A stretch of DNA of 64,000 nucleotides, taken from contig CAMBUD010000005.1 in assembly GCA_945871035.1 (NCBI GenBank), forward strand, positions 2,743 through 66,742. Direction: 5' to 3'. Each line of letters opens with the position of its first letter. The stretch's first letter is position 1. The position numbers were made by a program, and so were the translations under genes. Below, piece by piece: positions 18,653-26,911 of this stretch. Source of the stretch: Planctomicrobium piriforme. GTDB taxonomy: Bacteria; Planctomycetota; Planctomycetia; Pirellulales; UBA1268. The notes beneath the pieces were generated by a model. That model was not told where the DNA came from. It was given only the letters and a program-made list of their open reading frames with translations, and did no database searches.

Positions 18653-19663
18653 TCAAGACTTAAGGGTATGCGGAACAGGAAGCGGATAGGAATGCCACAG
18701 GCCGCGAAAGACCGACGACGGAATAAATGCCGCGTTGGCTGTGAGCATGACCAAACCAAACTCCATCATGCCCATCGACAAGCCAATTCCCAAGTGCACC
18801 ATCACCGCCATCGCAAGAACCAGTCGCCGGGTCAGCCGCGGCCAAACCAGCACCGGATACAATACCTCCCAAAAAAGCGTTCCCAGTGTCAGCAGGTTGA
18901 TGATCAATGGAAAGCGGGCTAGCCCTGTGAGATCAAGCGTGCGGTATTGCACGTTAGCGATCGATCCCCAAAGGGCGGTTCCTTCCCACCAAGTCGCCCC
19001 GAGCAGTTTGCCACAGCCGGAGAAGAAATAAATCGTGCACAGGTGCACTTGGATCAGTCGGATGGCAATGTTGGCCCGCACCGACGGCTCGATGCTCTTC
19101 CTGTTTGGCCACAGCAGGCTGTCCAGCGAGCACACGGCACCGGATGGCCCCACAACCAATGCGATCAGCAACATCCCCAGCACGTCGTCAAAGCCAAAGA
19201 CGTTGAGCGGGGCCCTATTGGCTGCGCTCAAAAAGCCGATGCATGCAACAACTGCTGCCAGTGGCGTGGCTAAACCGATCGTCAGCAATGCAGCGGCCAG
19301 CAGCGTGACAATCGTTATCGCTTTGACGGCTATCGCTGAGGAGAATACGAAATACAAACTCCACTGCCATGGCTGATCGTTCATGCGCCACACGTTGGCT
19401 GGTGGCAGCCAACCAGCATTGCCGAAGAATGCTTCAGCATCGAGCAGCCAGACGGCGCTCGACCACGCCAACAGCGCGCCGGACGCAATGCGCAGCATCG
19501 CCAACGGCAGCGGATCGGCGGGCATAAACCAAAATGAATTCCACGCCACCAGCCATTCCGCCCGCCAGCTTTTGTCTGCCAAATGGTGCCCCTGTTCCTG
19601 CCAGGGGCCCGGCGTACAGTCGGGGGCCGGTCGTGCACCGACTGCAGGCAACGTCTGACTCAT
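18653..19663 (-). CDS. HTTM-domain membrane protein (SdpB / vitamin-K-dependent carboxylase-like)
   Basis: PLAMLRIASG, SLD, RLIQVHLCTIYFFSGCGKL...WWEG, HLGIGLSMGM motifs; multi-TM. Confidence 0.85.
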   Translation of the reverse strand: MSQTLPAVGARPAPDCTPGPWQEQGHHLADKSWRAEWLVAWNSFWFMPADPLPLAMLRIASGALLAWSSAVWLLDAEAFFGNAGWLPPANVWRMNDQPWQWSLYFVFSSAIAVKAITIVTLLAAALLTIGLATPLAAVVACIGFLSAANRAPLNVFGFDDVLGMLLIALVVGPSGAVCSLDSLLWPNRKSIEPSVRANIAIRLIQVHLCTIYFFSGCGKLLGATWWEGTALWGSIANVQYRTLDLTGLARFPLIINLLTLGTLFWEVLYPVLVWPRLTRRLVLAMAVMVHLGIGLSMGMMEFGLVMLTANAAFIPSSVFRGLWHSYPLPVPHTLKS

Positions 19664-20253
19664 AGCCGCGTTCCTGGAGAAAACTGATAGGTCCCCAGAG
19701 GCGTGATGGTATCGGCATCATACTGTGCGCGGATGACCTCTTCCGGTGACGGCAAGATGTGCTCTCTCAATACGAGGGTGACCTGCTCGCCACTGTGTTG
19801 CCGCAGCAGGTGTCCGGCAATGCCTTTGATCAGTGGCTGCCATTCGCGGCGGGCGGCAACGCGGATCGCTTCCGGAGCATCGAGCAGAGGAACAAACGAC
19901 GCAATTTTTTCACTGATCATAAAGCGGCGATGGTAGAGGAGGCGTGGACGGTCTGTGTGTGCATCCGGAATCACACCGACTCGCGAACTGCCATCGGATA
20001 GGCGCATGGTCCATTCAATGGAGTGCCCGGGACCGGGATCGGGTGCGAAAAAACGATAACCGTGTCCCAAGTAAATCGCGCCGATGAACGGACGCAGCGG
20101 CCGAATGAGCCAGTTTGCCAATTCACTTGTCGGCGGTGGTCCGGCGAGCGGTGGGAGGATTACGGCTGCCAAGTAGACGATTAACACAAGTGATGCAACT
20201 GCACGAGTGCTAGGTTTCCACGGCGAGTGATGGCGATGAGCAGCTACATTCAT
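19660..20253 (-). CDS. SdpA/DUF5819-like membrane-anchored partner of the HTTM protein
   Basis: One N-terminal TM, then GYRFFAPDP resembling the W/Y-x-F-F-A-P-(D/N)-P signature; ATGA overlap with the HTTM gene. Confidence 0.65.
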   Translation of the reverse strand: MNVAAHRHHSPWKPSTRAVASLVLIVYLAAVILPPLAGPPPTSELANWLIRPLRPFIGAIYLGHGYRFFAPDPGPGHSIEWTMRLSDGSSRVGVIPDAHTDRPRLLYHRRFMISEKIASFVPLLDAPEAIRVAARREWQPLIKGIAGHLLRQHSGEQVTLVLREHILPSPEEVIRAQYDADTITPLGTYQFSPGTRL

Positions 20254-20510
20254 TGCACGGTGCTAACGATAGGCAAGTTTCTGTTGGATGAATCTGTCTA
20301 GTTTACTTTAGCAGCCACTCCAATCGGCAACGATCCCGCGATCCCGAACGAGCAGCCCGTGGAAAAAGTGCCGGCGGGATCGCACGGTGCTGTCCCGGGG
20401 GCGAAGCACTCGGACAAAACGGACGTTTGGCAGGGAGCAAAAGTGCCTAGATGACTTTTCCCACAGGCACCTCGTCAGTCTTTTACGATTCCTGCAGACT
20501 GCGGCCTGTC

Positions 20511-20550
20511 ATAAAAAATTCCCGCGCGGCTCAAGCAGCCGCGCGGGAAT
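20511..20550 (-). terminator. Rho-independent terminator of the TIGR03000 gene
   Basis: 14-bp perfect stem ATTCCCGCGCGGCT / AGCCGCGCGGGAAT followed by a U-tract on the minus strand, 25 nt past the stop. Confidence 0.88.
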
Positions 20551-20575
20551 GGAAGTGTGGAAAACGTATCTGGCT

Positions 20576-21706
20576 TTAGCGAAGGGATGCCGTTGCGCCA
20601 GTCGAAGCCGTTTGCTGTGAGGGGTCGAGCGACAGTTCGACAGAACCACCGGCAACGAGGTCGATGATCTTTGAAACCATCTTCTCGTTGCCCTTCACAA
20701 CCATAACAACGCGAATCTCGTAACCCTTCCACGTTTGGCCATCCTGTAAGTTCTGCGTCTCAAACTGGCGGACGTTGCCAGTCGAAGCGGTTTCATTACC
20801 GGCCAGCCAGACCTTTGAATCAGCGGGAACATGGAGCGTGAGGCTCGTTTTCGGTGCTGCTCCCACGGCTGGGATCATCACCAGATCATCAATGGGTTGC
20901 TTGGCGTTGAACGAAATCATTTCACGAGTTCCTGCCGATAGGGAAACAACCTGTGTCTCCTCCGTCGTCGAGCCGTTGCGATCAACGATAATTCGCACCA
21001 CGAACTCATAATTCTTACCCTCGGTTAAACCGCGTGACACAAAGCGTCGTAGGCTGCCGGTGGCTGAGGTCTTTGCGCCATTGACAAAAATTTTACCTGT
21101 GGCCGGAAGTTCCACGATCAACAGTGCCGCATCCGCTGGAATACGCATGTCCAGAAGTGTGGCATCAGTCGCTGCTGGGGCTATTGCCGGCGGGGCAACA
21201 ATGGTTTCAGTGCCACTGGCGGCAGGGGCTTCATTGATAACGCGGTACGATTCAACAGGCATGCTGGAAGACATGCCCGATACGGGAGAGTAGCCGAGGC
21301 TGTATGCCGGGGAGGCATAACCACCGGACGAGCCTCCGGACGAGCCGCCGTACGAGCCACCAGACGAGCCACCGGATGAACCACCGTACGAGCCACCAGA
21401 CGAACCGTGACTGGAGTTGTGCATCGCATGACGGGACGCACGACGGGAGCCACCACTGCTACCGCCGGTAGAACCAGCAGAGCTGTAGCTGCCACCTGAG
21501 CTGCCGCCTGAGCTGCCGCCGCCCGAGCTGCCACCGCCTGAGCTGCCACCGCCCGAGCTGCCACCGCCTGAGCTGCCACCTGAGCTGCCGCCTGCCGCAG
21601 CACGGTTTTTATGATTCCATCCAGCGTGTGCGTCGCAGGCTGTGGCGAAGACCACAATAAAAGTGACAATTTTTGCAACCCTGAACCAGCAAGGATGGAC
21701 CAGCAT
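20576..21706 (-). CDS. Secreted protein with Gly/Ser repeats and two TIGR03000-like domains
   Basis: Signal peptide (AHA-GW); (GGSSG)n/(GGSY) low-complexity tract; two copies of L.V.LPA..KI.VNG..T..TG..R.F....L..G..Y. Confidence 0.85.
   Translation of the reverse strand: MLVHPCWFRVAKIVTFIVVFATACDAHAGWNHKNRAAAGGSSGGSSGGGSSGGGSSGGGSSGGGSSGGSSGGSYSSAGSTGGSSGGSRRASRHAMHNSSHGSSGGSYGGSSGGSSGGSYGGSSGGSSGGYASPAYSLGYSPVSGMSSSMPVESYRVINEAPAASGTETIVAPPAIAPAATDATLLDMRIPADAALLIVELPATGKIFVNGAKTSATGSLRRFVSRGLTEGKNYEFVVRIIVDRNGSTTEETQVVSLSAGTREMISFNAKQPIDDLVMIPAVGAAPKTSLTLHVPADSKVWLAGNETASTGNVRQFETQNLQDGQTWKGYEIRVVMVVKGNEKMVSKIIDLVAGGSVELSLDPSQQTASTGATASLR
21320..21595 (-). repeat. Coding tandem repeats (12- and 15-bp units) encoding GSSG/GGSSG/GSYG
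   Basis: Units such as GAGCTGCCACCGCCT (~21490-21595) and GAGCCACCAGAC (~21325-21410) on the + strand. Confidence 0.85.
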
Positions 21707-21793
21707 CTCAGTGAAACTCCCTTAACGATTTGCGAGGGAAGCGACGCGAAACCCTGAACCTATTTCAGAGAGCCAGCGCTTCCGGAGACCCCA

Positions 21794-21821
21794 AGGATAG
21801 TTGGACGATTTTGCAAATCAA
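21794..21821 (-). promoter_or_regulatory. Putative sigma-70 promoter of the TIGR03000 gene
   Basis: TTGATT-16 nt-TATCCT on the minus strand, followed by a leader hairpin (GGAAGCG/CGCTTCC) and an AAGGGAG RBS. Confidence 0.5.
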
Positions 21822-21966
21822 GAAGAATGGGTTGAATGCGTTGAGTTTGAGGTTGAGCGGGTGTTGGCTTGGGGCTTTATGGCCAGAAGCCCTTTTTTGA
21901 AAGAAATGGCTTTGAACCGCAGAATATGGGGGTTTTATGGCTCAAATCGGGTTGCGTGATCGCTAC

Positions 21967-23214
21967 TTATCTGGAAATCGGCTCCAGTCGGATGCTGTCT
22001 GCCTCCAGTCGCCCGGTGGCTCCGAGCATGCCAATCTGCAGGATTGCCTCCCGTGCCCAGATCGGTACCGTGATCACGCCATCGACCTGCTTCCAACCAA
22101 AAGTACCACGCCATGGCCCCACCAACGACTGCGACGAACGGTTCCGCTCTTGATCGTAAAATCGGGTCACGAGTGCCGGTGATTCCTCGACTGTAAGTCC
22201 TTCGCGAATATCCGTTGCACGCAGCAACAGTTCGATCTTCAGTTGACCAATGGTCCTTCCGTCAACTGGAAATCCCTGAAAGATCTGCGCGGGTCGTCCA
22301 GGTTGACTATTCTCCAGCCGTACATAATGAGTCCCTTCCTGAGCATCTGGGGATCGCACTAATTCCATCTGCCTGCCGTAATACCACGCCGTGGGAACGA
22401 GTGTGTTCACAAGTGTTTCCTCGAATCCGCCATTATTGATCGCCGGGTGCTTGCCGTCTGGTTGCACGCGACGGGCCTTTTCTGCGGCACCGGTCATCGG
22501 CACAAACAAACTCGGCACCAGCGCCTCCTTGACCATCGCGCCGTTACGTTTGCTGAGGAGTACGAGCGTCTGCTCGAAACGTTCACCCACGGGAATGATC
22601 ATGCGGCCCCCTTCGGCGAGTTGCTCGATGAGTGGCTGAGGAATATTTTCTGGCGAACAGGTAACGATGATCTTGTCAAATGGCGCGTGCTCGGGCCAGC
22701 CGAGAAAGCCATCGCCGACCTTAGTGATGACAGTGCGATACCCAAGACGCGCAAGTGTACGGGCCGCCTTGTCGCCGAGCGGGCGGTTGATCTCAATCGA
22801 GTACACCTTACTCACCAGCGGCGCCAGTACAGCGGCCTGATAGCCGCTGCCCGTACCAATTTCCAGCACGCGATCGGTCTGTTTTGGCTCAAGCTTTTCG
22901 GTCATGTAGGCCACCACAAACGCCCCAGAAATTGTCTGCGACTCACCGATGGGCAAGGCCATGTCGAAGTAGGCTAGCCCCCGCTGTGATCCCGACACAA
23001 ACTCATGCCGTGGTGTGGTGCGCATGCTCTCTAAAACGCGGGCATCCGTCACGCCGCCAGCCGCAATATCGTCGCGCACCATCCGTTCACGAGCCTGTTC
23101 ATACTGATCGGAAGGCGGTGGAGCCGCGGCCGACGGCGCCTGCACAAGCAGGGCGAGTGCCATGAGCATTGCCGACGGTGGCCAAGCCCGAAGGTGCTCT
23201 GATTTGCGTCCCAT
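21967..23214 (-). CDS. pcm: Protein-L-isoaspartate O-methyltransferase with signal-peptide-like N-terminus and C-terminal CBM-like domain
   Basis: PRHEFV, LPIGESQTIS, VLEIGTGSGYQAA, GDGFLGWPEHAPFDKII, FVPMTG; extra ~160 aa beginning INNGGFEE. Confidence 0.9.
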   Translation of the reverse strand: MGRKSEHLRAWPPSAMLMALALLVQAPSAAAPPPSDQYEQARERMVRDDIAAGGVTDARVLESMRTTPRHEFVSGSQRGLAYFDMALPIGESQTISGAFVVAYMTEKLEPKQTDRVLEIGTGSGYQAAVLAPLVSKVYSIEINRPLGDKAARTLARLGYRTVITKVGDGFLGWPEHAPFDKIIVTCSPENIPQPLIEQLAEGGRMIIPVGERFEQTLVLLSKRNGAMVKEALVPSLFVPMTGAAEKARRVQPDGKHPAINNGGFEETLVNTLVPTAWYYGRQMELVRSPDAQEGTHYVRLENSQPGRPAQIFQGFPVDGRTIGQLKIELLLRATDIREGLTVEESPALVTRFYDQERNRSSQSLVGPWRGTFGWKQVDGVITVPIWAREAILQIGMLGATGRLEADSIRLEPISR

Positions 23215-23244
23215 GCTCGCAACACCCTCCTAGGCTGGGTGGTT

Positions 23245-24201
23245 CTATTCGGTCTGTCCGATCGATGCCGGTTGCCGAGCCAGAGAACCCTTGGTGAGTT
23301 CGAGAAAAGCTGTTTCCAAATTGACTTCCTGTTCTCGCATGCCCAGCAAATGGTGTCCTGCGGCAATCAGTCGCCCGGCTAGCGGCGAATAGTCGGTGAC
23401 ACCATCCGCGATCGCCACAAGAATCTCTCCCTCTCGAACCGTAACGGCGGCAGCCTCCGGACACTTTTCCAGCACTCCTACAGCCGGCTCAATCGGACCG
23501 GCGACCCGCAGACGGATCACAAGCCTTCCCCGTACCTGCAAGAGCAAGTCTTGAACGTTTCCGCATGCCAGCAGCCGTCCGTATTCGATGATACCAACGC
23601 GGTTACAGATGTCGGCCAGTTCGGGAAGAATGTGGCTGGAAACAAGGATTGTTTTACCGAGGCCCTGCAAGCGGCGCAATAAGCCCCGCATCTCGATTCG
23701 CGCCCGCGGATCGAGACCGCTCGCCGGCTCGTCGAGCAGGAGCACCTGCGGATCATGGAGCAGCACCCGAGCCAATCCCAGACGCTGCGTCATGCCACGA
23801 GAAAGACTTGTGACCAGTTCATCCCGCTTCACAGTCAGATCGACCAGCTCCAGCGATCGCTCGGCCACTCGCTTACGCTGGGCACCATTGATACGGTACG
23901 CGGCTGCAAAAAACTCTAAGTATTCGATCACCCGCATGTCATCGTAAACGCCAAAGATATCGGGCATGTAGCCGATCGCCCGACGAATCTCGCGCGGATG
24001 CGTGTAGATCGAATAACCGCACACGTAGGCCTCGCCGCACGTCGGCGCTAGCAGGGTAGAGAGAATGCGGATCGTGGTTGTCTTGCCGGCACCGTTAGGA
24101 CCAATAAAGCCAAGCAGGTCTCCCTTCTCGAGCTTTAAGTTGAGCGATTCAAGAGCAAAGAAATCTCCATACTTTTTTGTCAGTTCAATCGTTTCGATCA
24201 T
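23245..24201 (-). CDS. ABC transporter ATP-binding protein (ABC-2 exporter type)
   Basis: GPNGAGKTT, LSRGMTQR, LLLDEPASGLDP, SSHIL, NLETAFLELT. Confidence 0.93.
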   Translation of the reverse strand: MIETIELTKKYGDFFALESLNLKLEKGDLLGFIGPNGAGKTTTIRILSTLLAPTCGEAYVCGYSIYTHPREIRRAIGYMPDIFGVYDDMRVIEYLEFFAAAYRINGAQRKRVAERSLELVDLTVKRDELVTSLSRGMTQRLGLARVLLHDPQVLLLDEPASGLDPRARIEMRGLLRRLQGLGKTILVSSHILPELADICNRVGIIEYGRLLACGNVQDLLLQVRGRLVIRLRVAGPIEPAVGVLEKCPEAAAVTVREGEILVAIADGVTDYSPLAGRLIAAGHHLLGMREQEVNLETAFLELTKGSLARQPASIGQTE

Positions 24202-24265
24202 AGGTGCAACGTGTGAGCAAAAGGCGGTGTGGACGGGATCGTTACCAGCGAGAACGTGACTTGCG

Positions 24266-26581
24266 TTATTCAGTTGAAACCGTTGCCGACTGCTTGTCGA
24301 GCGGAATCACAATGCGCCAGACCGTGGTGGGGGCACGAGTAGGTAAAACAGCCGGTAAAACGGCTGCCGATCCACCTGTCGCTGGCAGACGCATTGCAGC
24401 GGCAAAGTCTGTTTTTTCGTCGCTCTCTGTCACCCATGCGGTGCCGATCGGCCCCCGGCCGACGAGCACGACCCGATTCATCTCAAGGAGCGGCGAAAGA
24501 TCGATGCGACCCAAGCGACCGGCTGTTAAAGTTGTGTAGGCACTGCCGCCGGCGGCAGCATAAAAACCGGCAATTTCTAAAATTCTGTCGGTGTCACAGC
24601 TGCTCGCTTCCCAACGCACAGCGACATCGCGATCCTTGTTTGCCAAACGACGCGTGAGGGCTCCGGCAAGCGACCGTGGGCCGCGACCATTCGTTGGCTC
24701 ATAACGGCTACCGGGATCGAGTGGCCCTACGTCGTACATCCAGCCAGCATGCACGAGCAGGCATTGCTCGAGCGGAAAAGGCAGTCTGCTGGTAAGCGAT
24801 CCACTTAAGGTCCCCTGTGCGTTGCAGCTGAGATGCGATTCAACCGGCGTGTCGGCAACAGTTGCAAACCATTCAGCTTCAAAGAGACGACTGGAGGAAG
24901 CTGCGATTGCAATGCCTGCCAGCGTGTGGAGTGACGAACTGTATGTGTAGTCAGCAGCTGCCAGCGATGGATGCGGCAGCACGGCGTCGGTTCCACCAAT
25001 GCCACGGCCTGCAGCACCGTACCACGAGACAACGGTATCGACAGAACCCGACAGCGGTGCGGCCGCTGTCGGATGAGCTGAAACGTTCATCACGGCATTC
25101 ACTGGCGACCAAACGCCTGCATAAGAGACACCGCGTGCCAATCGACTTGCCACATCAACGTCCATCACACCGGCAGACGACGACTGCCAAGCAGCGCCCT
25201 TCCAACGCAAGGCCGTGCTCCATGCCAAGCCGCTGGTGATACACACAAGCAGGGGTAGCGACAGCCATGCCAGCCACGGGCGTCTTGCTCCGCGTGATAC
25301 CAGCCACCAATCGAGCGGATACAGGCAGACAATATAAAGAACCGCCAGTCCAGCGATGATCTCGAAGGGGACCGCCTGCACAGAGGGAAAGTGATCGATT
25401 GCCGTGCGCAGTTGCCCAGCCAGATCGAGAGCACTGCGGTGCTCCCCTGCCCTGCCCGCAAGATTGGTATTCGAACGCCCCCCCAGCAGTTCGCAAAGCA
25501 GCGTGTCTGTGCCCGGCCAGCTCCGAAATGCACCGTGGTCGATATCAATTCCAATCCAAGTGAGCGTGCCGAAGCCGTATGCGCGGCGCACCACGAGCGG
25601 CAGATCGACGGACGATTTGCCCGCAAAAGCCTCAACCGTTCCACTGATTGCTGAGGCGTTCTCAAGCACGGGCACCTCGAATCCGGCCAAGGCATTCTTT
25701 TCCAGTGGACGACTTGCCCGCGCGTAGGCTTCAATCGCGGCCAATCGCCACAGCGGCAGCATTCTTTCAATTTTTCCAGGGAGCCAACGGGAGAGGGACG
25801 AGCCGCTTTGCTGGATTGGCAACGCACTGGCGCCGGCCGCAAAAACAAGCTGGCCGCCTCGTTGCACCCAGCCATCAATACTGGCAATAACTGCTGCATC
25901 CAGCACAGCCGCTGATTGGCCGCACACAACCATTGCATCGACACCATCAAAATCTCGTGGAGAGCAACCCCAAAGCGACGGCACCTCTAAAGCCCGGGCG
26001 TTGCTTGTGATGGAAACCACGCGAGGCCGCGCATAAGTGTCATCGCTCAGCAAGCGAACGGCCCGCTCCGCAGAGGGCAGATCCCCTAACACCAGCAGCA
26101 CGGTTTGCGTCGAATCGATCGGCTGTGCCAGGGAGTGCGTTCTCAGCCCTGCTCTGCTGACAGGCTCACTCGCTGCCTTGGCATGGTTCGACAGGCGCAC
26201 CTCCGCTGCGGCATGCTCAACCATCACTCGCGCTGTCGGCCGCCCAAAACGCACGCAAAAATGCGCGGCGCGTGTGCCGTCGGGTGCAGCGATCGCTGCC
26301 ACCGGTGGCGATCGCAGATACTGGCCGTCTGGATCTTCGACCCACACATGCAGGACCTCCGCGGCAGCGGAGGGATCTGCAGTCGCAGCAGGTGCGGGCA
26401 GAAGCACAACCAGCGGCGTCCACGAACCGGTACGGTAGACGCCGTTGAAGCCAACCTGCACTCGCTCTTGATAGTCGCTGGCATCTGCTGGTTTTTCAGC
26501 AGCGCCGACAACACTCGTTGGATAGGCCGCCACACAAAGCAAGCACACGGCCAAGCACCGCTGCCATGCCGTGTTTTTCAT
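24266..26581 (-). CDS. Large exported/membrane hypothetical protein (GATase-like middle region, 2 TM)
   Basis: Signal peptide, VGFNGVYRTGSWTP, WVQRGGQLV, YGFGTL and LYIVCLYPLDWW hydrophobic hairpin; ATGA overlap with the MazG-family gene. Confidence 0.75.
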   Translation of the reverse strand: MKNTAWQRCLAVCLLCVAAYPTSVVGAAEKPADASDYQERVQVGFNGVYRTGSWTPLVVLLPAPAATADPSAAAEVLHVWVEDPDGQYLRSPPVAAIAAPDGTRAAHFCVRFGRPTARVMVEHAAAEVRLSNHAKAASEPVSRAGLRTHSLAQPIDSTQTVLLVLGDLPSAERAVRLLSDDTYARPRVVSITSNARALEVPSLWGCSPRDFDGVDAMVVCGQSAAVLDAAVIASIDGWVQRGGQLVFAAGASALPIQQSGSSLSRWLPGKIERMLPLWRLAAIEAYARASRPLEKNALAGFEVPVLENASAISGTVEAFAGKSSVDLPLVVRRAYGFGTLTWIGIDIDHGAFRSWPGTDTLLCELLGGRSNTNLAGRAGEHRSALDLAGQLRTAIDHFPSVQAVPFEIIAGLAVLYIVCLYPLDWWLVSRGARRPWLAWLSLPLLVCITSGLAWSTALRWKGAAWQSSSAGVMDVDVASRLARGVSYAGVWSPVNAVMNVSAHPTAAAPLSGSVDTVVSWYGAAGRGIGGTDAVLPHPSLAAADYTYSSSLHTLAGIAIAASSSRLFEAEWFATVADTPVESHLSCNAQGTLSGSLTSRLPFPLEQCLLVHAGWMYDVGPLDPGSRYEPTNGRGPRSLAGALTRRLANKDRDVAVRWEASSCDTDRILEIAGFYAAAGGSAYTTLTAGRLGRIDLSPLLEMNRVVLVGRGPIGTAWVTESDEKTDFAAAMRLPATGGSAAVLPAVLPTRAPTTVWRIVIPLDKQSATVSTE

Positions 26582-26877
26582 GGCTTCTCCGCCTCGGGAC
26601 AACTGCAAGATAATTGTCCACAGCCCGGACAGCCCGCGCCATATTTTTTTGCCACCGCTGCTTCGAGATCGACATCGACCACATTGGCAATGGTGATCAA
26701 CCAGGCCAGAACATCGGCAAACTCCAGCGCCTGCTCCTCGTGCGTACCGCTGCGCAGGGCGGTGGCGAGTTCGCCGATCTCCTCCGAAAGCCACATGAAC
26801 GTTCCTTCAACACCACGAGACGCATCCTTCTCGTAATACATCGTGCGGATCAAAGACTGAAGTTCACGGAGCGTCAT
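26578..26877 (-). CDS. MazG-family nucleotide pyrophosphohydrolase
   Basis: WLSEEIGELA...EFADVLAWL (EEXXE / EXXD); C-terminal CPGC...CSC. Confidence 0.88.
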   Translation of the reverse strand: MTLRELQSLIRTMYYEKDASRGVEGTFMWLSEEIGELATALRSGTHEEQALEFADVLAWLITIANVVDVDLEAAVAKKYGAGCPGCGQLSCSCPEAEKP

Positions 26878-26911
26878 AGCGGTCGGCTGGGGCTGGGAAC
26901 AAATTGAGGCT

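Noticed and set aside
21320-21595. Regular short repeats as a possible CRISPR array
   Set aside because: Units are 12-15 bp, contiguous without unique spacers, in-frame Gly/Ser codons; no cas genes.
26582-26794. Cys/Gly-rich N-terminal extension of the 842-aa ORF resembling a RiPP precursor
   Set aside because: It is an alternate frame of the MazG-family gene; the real start is the ATGA overlap at 26581.
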